A stretch of DNA of 64,000 nt from Oligoflexales bacterium (GTDB lineage: Bacteria; Myxococcota_A; UBA9042; DTJE01), in contig DUVQ01000097.1 of assembly GCA_012840965.1 (NCBI GenBank), forward strand, positions 5,045 to 69,044, given 5' to 3'. The translations under genes were made by a program, and so were the position numbers. Shown here piece after piece: positions 19,262 to 29,922 of this stretch; within the stretch, counting starts at the first letter, position 1, and every line of letters starts with the position of its first letter. Below the pieces are notes generated by a model. The model worked only from the letters and a program-made list of their open reading frames with translations, searched no databases and was not told the origin of the DNA.

Positions 19262-19936
19262 CTAGTAGTAAACCTCGTTTAGGGCTGCCAAGACGACGTT
19301 GCTGGCGGCGTGGAGTAGGGCTGGGGCCAAAACTGAGCCTGTTCGTTCTTTTAGCCAGCCAAATAATAGGCCGGGGAAAAAGACAGCTAGGCGAAATGGT
19401 GCCGGGATCGATACTAGGTGGATTAAAGCGAATAGCGCCGATGCTAGGACTAGTTCAGGGCCGCAATTGACGCCGAATATTTTAATGCGACGCTTAAAGA
19501 GTAGGGCTAAACGACCTTGTATGTAGCCTCTGAAAAAGACCTCCTCCGGTAAGGCAATTGCCAGAAAATGCGTGATAAATAACCAAAGCCACCAACCAAT
19601 GGTCGGCAATTTGGACCAGTCAGCAGTCGCGTTGTCGATGAATCCAGCCCACAGTCCAAAACCAACGAAGTAAGGTGGGAAAACTATTATGGCCGCTACT
19701 GATGCCGCCACAATGGAGCTAACAGGTCGCTCGCCGTGAAGTCCATAGGTGCGTGGGTTTATGCCTTTACGCTGCAAGACAAACCAAGGGACCAGCAAGA
19801 AAAACAAAGCTGGGATAATCCCCGCATTTTCCTTGAAAAAACCGCCAAACAAGCCTATGGCGTTGGATAATAAAAGGGCCGCAACGGCCAGAACATACCA
19901 AAGGGAAATTTCTTTTATGATTTTAGGGTTAGACAA
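19262..19936 (-). CDS. CPBP family intramembrane glutamic endopeptidase (CAAX protease / Abi-like)
   Basis: EEVFFRGYIQG (EExxxR), FALIHL (FxxxH) and HAASN motifs. 224 aa, multi-TM. Confidence 0.7.
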   Translation of the reverse strand: MSNPKIIKEISLWYVLAVAALLLSNAIGLFGGFFKENAGIIPALFFLLVPWFVLQRKGINPRTYGLHGERPVSSIVAASVAAIIVFPPYFVGFGLWAGFIDNATADWSKLPTIGWWLWLFITHFLAIALPEEVFFRGYIQGRLALLFKRRIKIFGVNCGPELVLASALFALIHLVSIPAPFRLAVFFPGLLFGWLKERTGSVLAPALLHAASNVVLAALNEVYY

Positions 19937-19948
19937 TGTCTTGGTCCC

Positions 19949-20440
19949 TTAGTCAACCAACTCTTCCAAGACGTCGGCCAGTCGCCCCAGAGGCCAGTCT
20001 CGAACAACGTCTGCAGCCTTCGATTCGCGGGTGTCAATCAAGCTAAGCCGCTGGCCTTTTACTGCCTCTGCCGCCAAGAATATAGAGATTATGAAGTAGC
20101 AAAGGATGACGCCCTTAAGGACGCCAAAAATAGCCCCAAAGAGTCGATCCCAAAATCCATGGGCGATTGAAAATGAGTTGAGAGCCTTTGAAACCATGCT
20201 GCTAAGGAATGTCAAAATTATAAAGGCCAGGAAAAACAAGGTGACTGGAACTATGGTTTCGCCGCCCAAAGGCAGACCCGCCAAGAATGGAAAGGCGTCG
20301 ATTAAAGGCCCGGTGGCGTACATGGCGACCAAGACCGACGCCAAGATGGCTGCAATCCGCAGGACCTGGTAAAGCATCCCAGAAGCAAGCCCGCCAATGA
20401 AGAAAACAGCTAAGATGATGAGTACTGCTAAATCCAGCAT
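19949..20440 (-). CDS. cvpA: CvpA family membrane protein
   Basis: 163 aa. N-terminus MLDLAVLIILAVFFIGGLASG and a 4-TM profile typical of colicin V production protein. Confidence 0.65.
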   Translation of the reverse strand: MLDLAVLIILAVFFIGGLASGMLYQVLRIAAILASVLVAMYATGPLIDAFPFLAGLPLGGETIVPVTLFFLAFIILTFLSSMVSKALNSFSIAHGFWDRLFGAIFGVLKGVILCYFIISIFLAAEAVKGQRLSLIDTRESKAADVVRDWPLGRLADVLEELVD

Positions 20441-20520
20441 GGCCGCAATCTAATATCAAATCGTCCAAAGAGCAAAAAAAGTTGTCTATTTTTTCTAGGG
20501 CGACGAAATTCACGCTTCTG

Positions 20521-20636
20521 GGGGACAGGGGCAGGGGCAGGAGGCAGGGGCAGGGGCAGGAGGCAGGGGCAGGAGGCAGGGGCAGGGGCAGGAGGCAGGG
20601 GCAGGGACGGGGGCAGGCACGGGCACAGGGGCCGGC
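20521..20636. repeat. (GGGGCA/GGAGGCA)n array, G-rich on + strand
   Basis: ggggacaggggcaggggcaggaggcaggggcaggggcaggaggcaggggcaggaggcagg... Confidence 0.85.
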
Positions 20637-20713
20637 AATTGTGGGTTTCTTGCACCTTCCACTTGCGCGGTTGGGGCCATTAGATATAGGCTAAGGGGTC
20701 GCTGGAGGTTTAC

Positions 20714-22273
20714 ATGCGTCGCTTTGCCTTTGTTATTGCTTTGACACTGGTTGGTTGCGATATATCTGGTTCGGACCCATTGCCTGATGGCTATTTCCAA
20801 GATGCCGCAAGGGCTTTTAAAGTCGAGCTGGATTCAAAAGAAAAAGATTCAGATGGCCTCGCCAAACGAATCAGGCCCATGACAGGTCTGGATGCCGCAC
20901 CGGTGTCGTCAGGAAAGCTTGAAGATACCTCCGGTTCGTTCCAGATAAGCGGTGTCGCAACCGCAAGATTTCCAAAGGGCTGGGGCTGCGATCTGACCTT
21001 GAATTCAATCTTCCAGAACAATATGGCCGATCCAGATTCCGTCGAATCTTACACTTTACCTGGATTTGAACGCATCATCGACGAGTTTGCGTCGAGGGTG
21101 ATTGCCCCCATTTGGCAGGCCCAGTATGACATTGGGCGAGATTCATGTGTCGCGGACGGAAATGTGGGCAGATGTCACTTAATCGGTGACCCAACCACTT
21201 GGGGCAAAGTCGTTTACACGCTGTTTAACCACCTAGACAAAAGGGTTCGTCGTTATTCAGCCGCCCAATATGGCGAGCCCCTGGCAGCATTAGGGCTGCG
21301 GCCCGGCTATGTCGAGCTATTGCCCGACCCAATGGGTTCTGCTGGATACTCGGAAACTGGCTTTGACTTTCTGATTCCGGTTTACTCAGCTTTCTTTGAG
21401 GCCTTAGAGGCTGCCAGAGTTGAGCAAGGCGCCTCGCAAGATGCGGCCATAATTGCGCCATCATTTAGGGTGGCTGGCCTTAATGAAGTCACAGCAGATG
21501 GCTCCCCAACAGCTAGATTTGTGGACTTTATGAATGGTCGTGCAGGCCCAGGCCCAGATGTTTGGTCGCTACTCGCAACCGTGGCCAGTCCACAGGAACA
21601 TTTGGAATTATTTAAAGAATATGCCAAGTTGCTTCCAGCTAATGCAGCCGTTGGTGACCTAGCCATGAGGGTGGCCCCCACGGTATGGCAAAAATTCGAA
21701 GATAAACTGGTAACCCAAAAACAGCGCAGCAACTACCTAGGCGCCTTTGCAGCAGTTGTCAGGATTTTACAACAGGACAACTTGGAGCTGTTTGTACTTG
21801 ATCGCTGGGGAGGCCCTGGGTCTCCATATGGCGGAACTCAAACTGGTGAAGACCTGTTTTTTGATAGTGAGGGCAAGATTTTGCCAGCCATGATCGGCTT
21901 TATGCCGTTTAATTTTATGGCAAACGGCCACTATGAGCGGGTCAGAGTCGTGCGTTCCGATTCTGCGGCCGCCAGTGGCGATGTTTATGTGTTGGCGGGT
22001 AAAAACCCTGATGGCAGGGCTGCGATTTTGGTTGCGGCACTACCAAAGGCCGGCGATGACCGGATAGGTTATCAGGTTAACGTCGAGCTGAATATAACCG
22101 GTCTTGGAATCGGAAACTGGGAAATGCAAAGGTTGGTAATCGACCAAGATAGCACTTCTTTAAGATATGTTGAAAGGTCCAAAACGCCCCCTCCATTGGG
22201 TGGCGCCCTGCTTATTGAACGGCACATGGTGGTACCGTCTGTCCAGTATTTTGAACTCAGTCCAGTATTGTGA
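20714..22273 (+). CDS. hypothetical lipoprotein
   Basis: 519 aa. Lipobox ALTLVGC|DISGS. No known domain. Confidence 0.5.
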   Translation: MRRFAFVIALTLVGCDISGSDPLPDGYFQDAARAFKVELDSKEKDSDGLAKRIRPMTGLDAAPVSSGKLEDTSGSFQISGVATARFPKGWGCDLTLNSIFQNNMADPDSVESYTLPGFERIIDEFASRVIAPIWQAQYDIGRDSCVADGNVGRCHLIGDPTTWGKVVYTLFNHLDKRVRRYSAAQYGEPLAALGLRPGYVELLPDPMGSAGYSETGFDFLIPVYSAFFEALEAARVEQGASQDAAIIAPSFRVAGLNEVTADGSPTARFVDFMNGRAGPGPDVWSLLATVASPQEHLELFKEYAKLLPANAAVGDLAMRVAPTVWQKFEDKLVTQKQRSNYLGAFAAVVRILQQDNLELFVLDRWGGPGSPYGGTQTGEDLFFDSEGKILPAMIGFMPFNFMANGHYERVRVVRSDSAAASGDVYVLAGKNPDGRAAILVAALPKAGDDRIGYQVNVELNITGLGIGNWEMQRLVIDQDSTSLRYVERSKTPPPLGGALLIERHMVVPSVQYFELSPVL

Positions 22274-22312
22274 TTCAGCTCGGTGTGGTTTTAGGTTAAC
22301 TTCAGGAAATTA

Positions 22313-23437
22313 TTAATCATCCCAGGGGAAAATATGGTGGTTTAGCCCCATCGCCGCACGCATGGCGTTGCAATCTTTTTGCAGGGCAGGACCCACCGGA
22401 ACCCCTTTGTCCTTGCGCTCAAGCCAAGCATAGTGTTCCTTTTCACCCGCTGTCCAGATACGCTCTTGACCAGGCGCCTTAGCGGAATTTCGCAGCCCGC
22501 GCATGATGTTACCAGCAACCGATTTGAAAACCGGCAGCGGTATGAAGTGCTCAATGTTAATGGCCAGGAAAAAATGCCCCAGACGATAGGGGACCTTTTT
22601 ACCGTCCTCGTACCCCAAAAGCCCCTTTAAATAGCTGCCATCCTGCAATGCCGCTGACAGCACTTCCACAACCGTTGCGTAGCTGTACCCTTTGTAACCA
22701 CCAGTCTCTTCCCCTAGCCCTCCCAACGGAGTCAAAGCCGCAGTTCCAGCAATCAAATCCTTCAAGGTTTGGGCTGGGTCCGTCCTAGTTTTACCATCGC
22801 TTCCAATGACCCATCCCTCAGGCATGGTTTTACCTTGGCGTTGATAAAGTTCTATTTTGCCACGCTGGGTTACGCTGGTCGCGCAGTCGATAATAAAGGG
22901 AAAATCCTCGTCAGTTGGAAAGCCAAACACCAACGGGTTTGTGCCCAACATGTTTTCAATTCCAAATGTGGGGGCAATTGATGGCCTAGCGTTAGTTCCA
23001 GTAATGCCAATCTGCCCATTATCAATAGCCATTTGGGCATAGTACCCAGAAATTCCGTAGTGGGTGGAGTTCCTGACTGCAACCATGCCAAGCCCGTATT
23101 TCTTGGCCTTTTCAATGGCCATATTCATTGAACGTACGCTAATAACATGGCCCATACCGTCATGACCATCGATGACAGCGGTGGTCTCAGTTTCCTTAAC
23201 GATTTCAAAATTTGTGACCGGATTTTGGATGCCATCGGCGATTCGGTCGATGTAGATTGGCTTTAAACGGCCAATTCCGTGTGAGTCTATCCCATGTTTG
23301 TCAGCGGTTATCAAAACATCAGCACATACTTTGGCGTCTTGTTTTGGCACCCCCGAGCCAACAAAGCAGTCAAACATGAACGCTTCCATCTGCTCGAAGG
23401 GCACCCAATAAATTTTTTCCAAGGTCTCTTTGCTCAT
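22313..23437 (-). CDS. Ldh_2 family (malate/L-lactate/sulfolactate-type) 2-hydroxyacid dehydrogenase
   Basis: 374 aa. The N-terminal half (DKHGIDSHGIGRL...AVRNSTHYGISGYYAQMA) matches the Ldh_2 fold (ComC/AllD/YiaK-like). Confidence 0.65.
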   Translation of the reverse strand: MSKETLEKIYWVPFEQMEAFMFDCFVGSGVPKQDAKVCADVLITADKHGIDSHGIGRLKPIYIDRIADGIQNPVTNFEIVKETETTAVIDGHDGMGHVISVRSMNMAIEKAKKYGLGMVAVRNSTHYGISGYYAQMAIDNGQIGITGTNARPSIAPTFGIENMLGTNPLVFGFPTDEDFPFIIDCATSVTQRGKIELYQRQGKTMPEGWVIGSDGKTRTDPAQTLKDLIAGTAALTPLGGLGEETGGYKGYSYATVVEVLSAALQDGSYLKGLLGYEDGKKVPYRLGHFFLAINIEHFIPLPVFKSVAGNIMRGLRNSAKAPGQERIWTAGEKEHYAWLERKDKGVPVGPALQKDCNAMRAAMGLNHHIFPWDD

Positions 23438-23775
23438 CTAATTCTTCCTCCATGCTTTCAACTGCAACAAAAAGTTGCCGGTATCTATTACCACAACTGG
23501 CCCTCCTTTAGCCCAGCGTTCTGGTCGCTTTTGAGTCTTAAATCTCCTTTTGGGCAATTTTGCGTCGTTTTTACGGGTAGTTATTTAAAAAAGTTGATAT
23601 TTGACATACAGCTGGCGTAGTTTATGGGCCAACTGCATCATCCTTTTTGATGCACTACGTTGTCAAAGGCACACGTTTTTGGGCTTGGGCCATAAAGGAG
23701 ATTAGCAACATGTCCGTATTATTTAAGGCAAATTTGTTAGTTCGTTTATTACTCTGGAAGCATCGTAATGCCAAC

Positions 23776-25401
23776 ATGAAATTGAATTGGCGTCCGAAAA
23801 TTGATAACCCCAAGTTTATGAGCGCCGCACAGGCCGTCGAATTAATCCCAGATAATGCCGTTGGTATGTCGACTGGTTTGGCCGGGTCGATGAGGCCAGC
23901 TATTTTGTTCGCCGCTATCCGAAAACGCTTTGAAAAAGTTGGACATCCTGCAAATTTGACCTGGATTGCCGCCGGTGGATCGGGTGGTCGTGGGATGGTT
24001 CCTGGAACAGTTGAAGAGGTCGGTGTTGAAGGCCTTTGCACTAGGTTTATTAGCGGCCACTTGGAGACAGCCAAATCCCTTTTGAAATTAGGTGATAAGG
24101 GAGTTTGTGAGCTGGTTGTGTTGCCACAGGGGACCATCACCCAGCTGGCAGAGGCCCAGTGGCATGGGCAGGACTCACTGGTGACGACCGTTGGGGTAGG
24201 CTCTTTTATGGATCCTAGAGTTGGGACAGGTACCCAAGTTATTCCAGGGGTTGGCGAGCAGCTAGTCGAGGTAGATGGCGACAAGTTGCGTTATCGCTTG
24301 CCACCTATCACTGCGGCCTGTGTGATTGCAACAGCTGCGGACGAAGAGGGCAACCTCTACATAGAAGGAGCCCCTTTGATTTGTGAAGCCAAGGACGCGA
24401 CTTTGGCCGCTAAGGCAAACGGTGGGGTCGCTTTGGCATGTGTTGCCAAGATAGTTCCAAAGGACGAATCCAAGATTTTCCTGCCAGCCGATAAAGTGGA
24501 CGCGATTGTTTTACACCCAACAGCTGATATGGCAATTGCCATTCCCCTTGCTAAGCCTTGGCCTGAGTTTTTGCCTGGCGCCAAATGCGATGTGAAAGCA
24601 GCCGCTAGACGTGCCAAGGTGATGAACCAAATTCTGAAGATGGACCCAGAACGTGGACCAGTCGATTCTATGCTGGCCAGGCAAACTGCAAGGCTGTTTG
24701 CCAAGGTGGCCAAGCCCAAGGGTACATGTATTATTGGATATGGATTGCCCCAAGAAGTCGGAAGGTTGGTTGAAGCTGGTGGTTTAAGCGATGATGTCAA
24801 ATTCTTGGTGGAAACAGGCGCATATGGCGGTGTCCCAGCACCAGGTTTGTTCTTTGGAATGAGCGTTAATCCTGAAAGATTGATGACTTCCGCACAGATG
24901 TTCACGTACTGTGAATCAAACCTCGATGTGACCATCTTGGGCATGTTGCAGGCTGATGGAGAAGGCAACGTAAACGTCTCCAAGAAGGCGCCAGGGGCCA
25001 GAAACTACATTGGACCAGGCGGCTTTTTGAACTTGGTCGACAGCGCGAAAACAATCATCTTTGTGGGTGCGTTTACCGCCAAAGGCAAAGTTACTTTGGA
25101 GGACGGTAAATTAACGGTTGTGGAAAAGGGAATTCCAAAGTTGGTCAAAGAAGTCGACGAAATCACGTTCTCAGCCAAGGCTGCGTTAGAAGCTGGCAAG
25201 GAAGTTTATTACGTGACCACAGTTGGGGCATTCAAGCTGACCGACAAGGGGCTTGAGCTGTTCCAGGTCGCCGATGGTGTCGATATCGAAAAGGATGTAA
25301 AGGGGTGCTGCGAAATTGATCTGATTATCCCCGAATCTGTCCCAGTCCTGGACCGAGAAATAATGACCGGTGAAGGCTTCAAGCTGGCTTTCGGCAACTA
25401 G
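23776..25401 (+). CDS. family I acyl-CoA:acetate/3-ketoacid CoA-transferase (YdiF/CarA-type, fused alpha-beta)
   Basis: Collinear similarity to E. coli YdiF: PKFMSAAQAVELIPDNA, TVGVGSFMDPR, catalytic ETG (LVETGAYGG), C-terminal KLVKEVDEITFSAKAALEAGKEVYYVT. Start placed at the internal M (MKLNWRPKID). Confidence 0.7.
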   Translation: MKLNWRPKIDNPKFMSAAQAVELIPDNAVGMSTGLAGSMRPAILFAAIRKRFEKVGHPANLTWIAAGGSGGRGMVPGTVEEVGVEGLCTRFISGHLETAKSLLKLGDKGVCELVVLPQGTITQLAEAQWHGQDSLVTTVGVGSFMDPRVGTGTQVIPGVGEQLVEVDGDKLRYRLPPITAACVIATAADEEGNLYIEGAPLICEAKDATLAAKANGGVALACVAKIVPKDESKIFLPADKVDAIVLHPTADMAIAIPLAKPWPEFLPGAKCDVKAAARRAKVMNQILKMDPERGPVDSMLARQTARLFAKVAKPKGTCIIGYGLPQEVGRLVEAGGLSDDVKFLVETGAYGGVPAPGLFFGMSVNPERLMTSAQMFTYCESNLDVTILGMLQADGEGNVNVSKKAPGARNYIGPGGFLNLVDSAKTIIFVGAFTAKGKVTLEDGKLTVVEKGIPKLVKEVDEITFSAKAALEAGKEVYYVTTVGAFKLTDKGLELFQVADGVDIEKDVKGCCEIDLIIPESVPVLDREIMTGEGFKLAFGN

Positions 25402-25567
25402 GGCTTTTTGGCTACTTGTAGTCTGCATTCAAGAACAATCCCTACGATATTTCAATTGCTTATGGGTAACCAGCAAAAAGGGTAAATTTGACAGTGTCTT
25501 CCGGCGCCGTTTGGGCTAGAATCCCGCACCGAGGCGCAGTGCCGCGCAACCTTGATGGGAGACTGCG

Positions 25568-26920
25568 ATGGCTATAAGACGGACGTTTCGGGGTGGTATA
25601 CATCCCGACGATCACAAGGATTTTACTAGTTCCCTTTCGATTCAGGACATGCCAGCTCCAGACAGAGTGGTGCTACCTTTAAGGCAGCACCTTGGGGCGC
25701 CTGCTAAGGCTGTTGTGCAAGTCGGCCAACGGGTGGCTGTTGGGCAGGTGGTTGGTGAGGCCACTGGCTTCGTGTCGGCTCCAGTGCACGCTTCGATTGC
25801 GGGCGAGGTGACTGCGATAGCAAAATATCGCCACCCAGGCGGTTTTTTGGCTGAGTCGGTCGTTATTGAAGCTCGTGATGCCGCACCTGAGGGTGATGAA
25901 TCCCCATGGCCGCCCGAGCCTTTCAGGATGCCTGGTGCAAGCCATGACTACGGGTCGATGGATGCCGAACACATCCGGTCGCTTATCCGCAACGCTGGCA
26001 TAGTAGGTATGGGGGGTGCCGCGTTTCCAACGGCGGTGAAGCTGTCGCCACCAAAGGGCAAAAAGGTTGAGCTGCTGATCATCAATGGCGCCGAATGTGA
26101 GCCGTTTTTGACGTGCGATCATCGCTGTATGCTGGAAGAGACCGACAAGATCGTCCACGGCGTCAAAATCCTGATGCGTGCCTTGGGTGTCTCAAGCGCC
26201 ATCATCGGGATTGAAGACAACAAGCCGGATGCAATCGCGGTGATGACCAAGGCGTTTGCGGGCGTTCTTGGCGTTACCGTTGCAACCTGTAAGGTCAAGT
26301 ATCCTCAGGGTGGTGAAAAGCAGCTCATCAAGGCATTGACCGGGCGCGAGGTGCCTCCTCCTCCTGGACTGCCGTTGGATGTTGGCATCGTGGTTCAAAA
26401 CGTTGGCACAGCCGCTAGGGTTGCCGAAGCCGTCATGGACGGAATCACGTTTTATGAACGGACAATCACATTGTCCGGGTCTCAAATTGCAAAGCCTGCC
26501 AACGTGCGAGTTCGCTTGGGAACCATGCTTGGCGACGTCCTGGAGTTTTGCGGTGGGCTCAAAGCAGACCCTGCAAAGGTCATCATGGGCGGCCCAATGA
26601 TGGGGGTATCCTTGTCAGACCTGGACGTTCCCGTGGTCAAGGGAACTTCTGGGTTTTTGTTTTTCGACGGATTGGCTGCCGCTGAACTGGAGGCAGGACC
26701 TTGCCTTAGATGCGGCAGATGTGTCGATATCTGCCCACTTAGGCTGCGTCCGGCCGAAATAGCCCAGTTCATTGAGGCAGGCGATCTTGATGGGGCCGAG
26801 GCCATGCATGTACGCGAGTGCATGGAGTGTGGCTCTTGTAGCTACATTTGCCCTGCTAATCGCTGGCTTGTTCAACTATTTCGAATTGCAAAGGCGAAGT
26901 TAAATGAGCGAAAAAAATGA
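25568..26920 (+). CDS. rnfC: Rnf electron transport complex subunit C
   Basis: 450 aa. RnfC N-domain, GMGGAAFPTAVKL, two 4Fe-4S motifs CLRCGRCVDICP and CMECGSCSYICP. Confidence 0.85.
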   Translation: MAIRRTFRGGIHPDDHKDFTSSLSIQDMPAPDRVVLPLRQHLGAPAKAVVQVGQRVAVGQVVGEATGFVSAPVHASIAGEVTAIAKYRHPGGFLAESVVIEARDAAPEGDESPWPPEPFRMPGASHDYGSMDAEHIRSLIRNAGIVGMGGAAFPTAVKLSPPKGKKVELLIINGAECEPFLTCDHRCMLEETDKIVHGVKILMRALGVSSAIIGIEDNKPDAIAVMTKAFAGVLGVTVATCKVKYPQGGEKQLIKALTGREVPPPPGLPLDVGIVVQNVGTAARVAEAVMDGITFYERTITLSGSQIAKPANVRVRLGTMLGDVLEFCGGLKADPAKVIMGGPMMGVSLSDLDVPVVKGTSGFLFFDGLAAAELEAGPCLRCGRCVDICPLRLRPAEIAQFIEAGDLDGAEAMHVRECMECGSCSYICPANRWLVQLFRIAKAKLNERKK

Positions 26921-27962
26921 TGACATCCAGGCTGCGCCTGTGAAAGAGGCCGCGACCACACCGCCGGCTCCTGTGAAGCTGAAGGTGGGGTCCTCACCGC
27001 ACCTTCACGACAAGGACTCCATCTCAAAGATTATGTTTTGGGTGGTTATTGCGCTCTTGCCTGGGGTGGCCGTTTCTTTTTGGTATTTCGGGCTGGAAGC
27101 GGTTCGCGCCATGCTGATTTCGGTGGTCGCCTGCCTTGGGTTTGAGGCCGCTTCCTTGCGGCTGCTTAAAACCCCTGGCTCGTTGAAAGACGGTTCAGCG
27201 CTGGTGACAGGCATTCTGCTTGGCATGAACCTGCCGCCCACAGCTCCTTGGTGGATGATCGTGGTTGGGTCCTTGGTTGCGATGGTTATCGCAAAGCACC
27301 TGTTTGGCGGCCTTGGTACCAACATCTTTAACCCAGCGCTGGTGGCTCGCGTGTTTTTGCTGGTTTCTTGGCCAACCCACATGACCACTTGGATGAAACC
27401 AGGTCAGATGGGCATTGTTGCTGCTGATGAATTGGCCGCTGTTACAGGGGCCACACCACTGGGGCTGTTGAAGGAAGGACGTCTGGCCGAGATGGCTGCC
27501 TCTAGTTCCGACCTTTTCTTTGGTAACGTTGGCGGTTCGATTGGCGAAATATCCGCTATAGCCTTACTGCTGGGTGGTATTATCCTGTTGGTCAAACGGG
27601 TAATAACTTGGGAAATCCCAGTTGTTTTCATAGCTACAACCTTCGTAGTCACCGGACTTGCATATTGGATCGGCGGACCTGAAAAGTATGCAAGCCCCGT
27701 GTTTCACGTGCTTTCTGGTGGCTTGATTTTAGGCGCCTTTTTCATGGCAACCGACATGGTCACATCGCCAATCACCTTTTGGGGTAGGGTGGTGTTTGCC
27801 TTTGGTTGCGGTCTGTTGACTGCCTTGATTCGTTTATTTGGCGGTTATCCCGAGGGTGTCAGCTTTGCAATCCTGTTGATGAACGCTTCGACACCGCTTA
27901 TAGACCATTTGATTAAGGAGCGTACCTTCGGCACTGTGCGCAAGGCGGAGGTGGCGTCATGA
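26904..27962 (+). CDS. rnfD: Rnf complex subunit D
   Basis: 352-aa polytopic NqrB/RnfD-like protein. Overlaps the rnfC stop. Confidence 0.8.
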   Translation: MSEKNDDIQAAPVKEAATTPPAPVKLKVGSSPHLHDKDSISKIMFWVVIALLPGVAVSFWYFGLEAVRAMLISVVACLGFEAASLRLLKTPGSLKDGSALVTGILLGMNLPPTAPWWMIVVGSLVAMVIAKHLFGGLGTNIFNPALVARVFLLVSWPTHMTTWMKPGQMGIVAADELAAVTGATPLGLLKEGRLAEMAASSSDLFFGNVGGSIGEISAIALLLGGIILLVKRVITWEIPVVFIATTFVVTGLAYWIGGPEKYASPVFHVLSGGLILGAFFMATDMVTSPITFWGRVVFAFGCGLLTALIRLFGGYPEGVSFAILLMNASTPLIDHLIKERTFGTVRKAEVAS

Positions 27963-28720
27963 AGCAAGAAATTCGCTATGTTGTGGTTTTGACGCTGATT
28001 TCGGTTGTTGCTGCCGCTTTGTTGGCCATAGTAAATCAGGTCACTGCAGACCCGATTGCCCAGGCCAGGCGTGCGAAAACGCTGAATGCGCTTCAAAAGG
28101 TTTTGCCTCCTTTTGATAATGAACCTGACCAGGAAATGATCCAGGTGGAAGGTTCAGAGATCTACCCAGCCAGAAAGGACGGCAAGTTGGTTGGGGTGGC
28201 GGTGAAGGTGACTGACCCCAAGGGCTATGCTGGCGATGTAACTTTCATGGTTGGTCTAAAAGGTGACCCAAACGCCCCGATTGTAAACGGCTATGACCTG
28301 CTGGCTCACAAGGAAACGCCTGGACTTGGTACCAAGTTGGCTGACGAGCCAAAGAAGCCCAATGCCAAGACATTTAAAACTCAGTTCAACGGATTAGCCT
28401 TCCCAGCTGATGGGTTAAAGGTCGTGAAAGACGGCGGGACCATAGACGCCATTACTGGAGCGACCATCTCCTCAAGGACTGCTACTAATTCGGTGAACAA
28501 AGCCGTTGAGCTGTACAAGGAAAAGGCGGCGGAATTAGCGTCAGGTGCGGCTGCGGATCCGGCTGCTGCGCCAGCTGCAGACCCAGCCGCTGAGCCTGCC
28601 CCTGCTGAGGAGCCGACTGCTGTGCCAGCTGCAGACCCAGCCGCTGGCAGCGACGACGGTGATGACAAGGTGAATGAAGGCGAGTCCCCTGAAGGCGAAC
28701 AGGAGGTGGACAATGTCTAA
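27959..28720 (+). CDS. rnfG: Rnf complex subunit G (FMN-binding)
   Basis: N-terminal TM anchor. FMN-attachment motif TGATISSRT. Unusual acidic Ala/Pro-rich C-terminal tail. Confidence 0.8.
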   Translation: MKQEIRYVVVLTLISVVAAALLAIVNQVTADPIAQARRAKTLNALQKVLPPFDNEPDQEMIQVEGSEIYPARKDGKLVGVAVKVTDPKGYAGDVTFMVGLKGDPNAPIVNGYDLLAHKETPGLGTKLADEPKKPNAKTFKTQFNGLAFPADGLKVVKDGGTIDAITGATISSRTATNSVNKAVELYKEKAAELASGAAADPAAAPAADPAAEPAPAEEPTAVPAADPAAGSDDGDDKVNEGESPEGEQEVDNV

Positions 28721-29315
28721 TCAAAGTCTAGGCTCAGTTTTTACCAGAGGACTTATCAAGGAAAACCCCTTGCTGGTCCTGTTACTGGGAATGTGCCCCT
28801 CCCTTGCAGTAACCACTTCTGTCATGAATGGCCTCGGCATGGGTGTCGCGGTCATCTTTGTGTTGATGTGTTCCAACATCGTGATTTCATTGTTGCGCAA
28901 GGTTATTCCATCTGCGGTCCGCATTCCGGCATTCGTTGTAGTAATAGCCTCGTTTGTAACCATCGTTGATATGGTCATGGAAGGGTTTGCCCCGGATCTG
29001 CACGCGGCGTTGGGCGTTTTCATCCCCTTGATAGTCGTCAACTGCATCATCTTGGCTAGAGCCGAGGCGTTTGCTTCAAAGAATTCAGTTCTTGCCTCTG
29101 CGATAGATGGTCTTGGGATGGGGCTTGGCTTTACCCTTGCCCTAGTTTTAGTTTCGGCGGTTCGTGAGATCCTAGGCAACGGTTCTATCCTCGGCATCAA
29201 CATTCTTGGTGAAGGCTTTGCTGCATCGCCAGTGTTGATAATGATTCTACCCCCCGGAGGGTTTTTGACCCTTGGGATTATTATCGCCATCATGAATAAA
29301 CTGAGGAGGGCTTAG
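28713..29315 (+). CDS. rnfE: Rnf complex subunit E
   Basis: MSNQSLGSVFTRGLIKENPLLVLLLGMCPSLAVT. 8-nt overlap with rnfG. Confidence 0.8.
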   Translation: MSNQSLGSVFTRGLIKENPLLVLLLGMCPSLAVTTSVMNGLGMGVAVIFVLMCSNIVISLLRKVIPSAVRIPAFVVVIASFVTIVDMVMEGFAPDLHAALGVFIPLIVVNCIILARAEAFASKNSVLASAIDGLGMGLGFTLALVLVSAVREILGNGSILGINILGEGFAASPVLIMILPPGGFLTLGIIIAIMNKLRRA

Positions 29316-29316
29316 A

Positions 29317-29907
29317 ATGGGCATTGCTGGATATCTGGCCCTGATAGTCTGGGCCGTTTTTGTTAATAACTTCGTGCTATCTCAGTTCCTTGGTATTTGC
29401 CCCTTTATGGGCGTTTCCAAAAAGGTCGAGTCAGCTGTTGGTATGGCGGCGGCAGTTTTGTTTGTTATTACCATGGCGTCGATCATCACCTTCTTGCTGT
29501 ACAACGCGCTTTTGGTACCTTGGGACCTGCAATATCTGAAAACTATCCTGTTTATATTGGTAATTGCAGCCTTGGTACAGTTTGTTGAAATGGTCATCAA
29601 AAAGGTTTCGCCGACCTTGTTTGCTGCGCTTGGCATATTTTTGCCTTTGATTACAACGAACTGCGCGGTTTTGGGTGCAGCGCTGTTGGCCATTCAAAAG
29701 GATTTCAACTTTATGAAAACCCTGGTTTTCGGGATGGCTTCAGCGGTTGGTTTTGGGCTGGTTTTAATCCTGTTTGCAGCAATTCGAGAGCGACTGGCCT
29801 TGAATGTGGCCACACCCAAGGCGATGAAGGGCATGCCTATAGCCTTGATTACTGCCAGCATTCTGTCGTTGGCATTTTTGGGCTTTTCAGGAATGGTTCG
29901 TATGTAA
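29317..29907 (+). CDS. rnfA: Rnf complex subunit A
   Basis: 196-aa 6-TM protein paralogous to RnfE (FLGICPFMGVSKK). Confidence 0.8.
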   Translation: MGIAGYLALIVWAVFVNNFVLSQFLGICPFMGVSKKVESAVGMAAAVLFVITMASIITFLLYNALLVPWDLQYLKTILFILVIAALVQFVEMVIKKVSPTLFAALGIFLPLITTNCAVLGAALLAIQKDFNFMKTLVFGMASAVGFGLVLILFAAIRERLALNVATPKAMKGMPIALITASILSLAFLGFSGMVRM

Positions 29908-29922
29908 GCGCCTGGCCGCTGG

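Noticed and set aside
18949-19262. Integrated element at the tRNA-fMet locus
   Set aside because: There is no integrase, no direct repeat of the tRNA 3' end, and no phage-like genes on either side.
20428-20800. ORFs 20428..20655, 20510..20800, 31191..31661, 31351..31671, 10928..11230 and 11013..11225, translating as PLPPAPAP, GQGQ or RDRSRDR polymers
   Set aside because: These are translations of the hexamer arrays in various frames, with no start context or complexity. They are artefacts.
25488-25522. sigma70 promoter TTGACA…TAGAAT upstream of rnfC
   Set aside because: The spacer between the hexamers is 23 nt, too long for a canonical -35/-10 pair. It may still be an extended or alternative-sigma promoter, but this cannot be supported from sequence alone.
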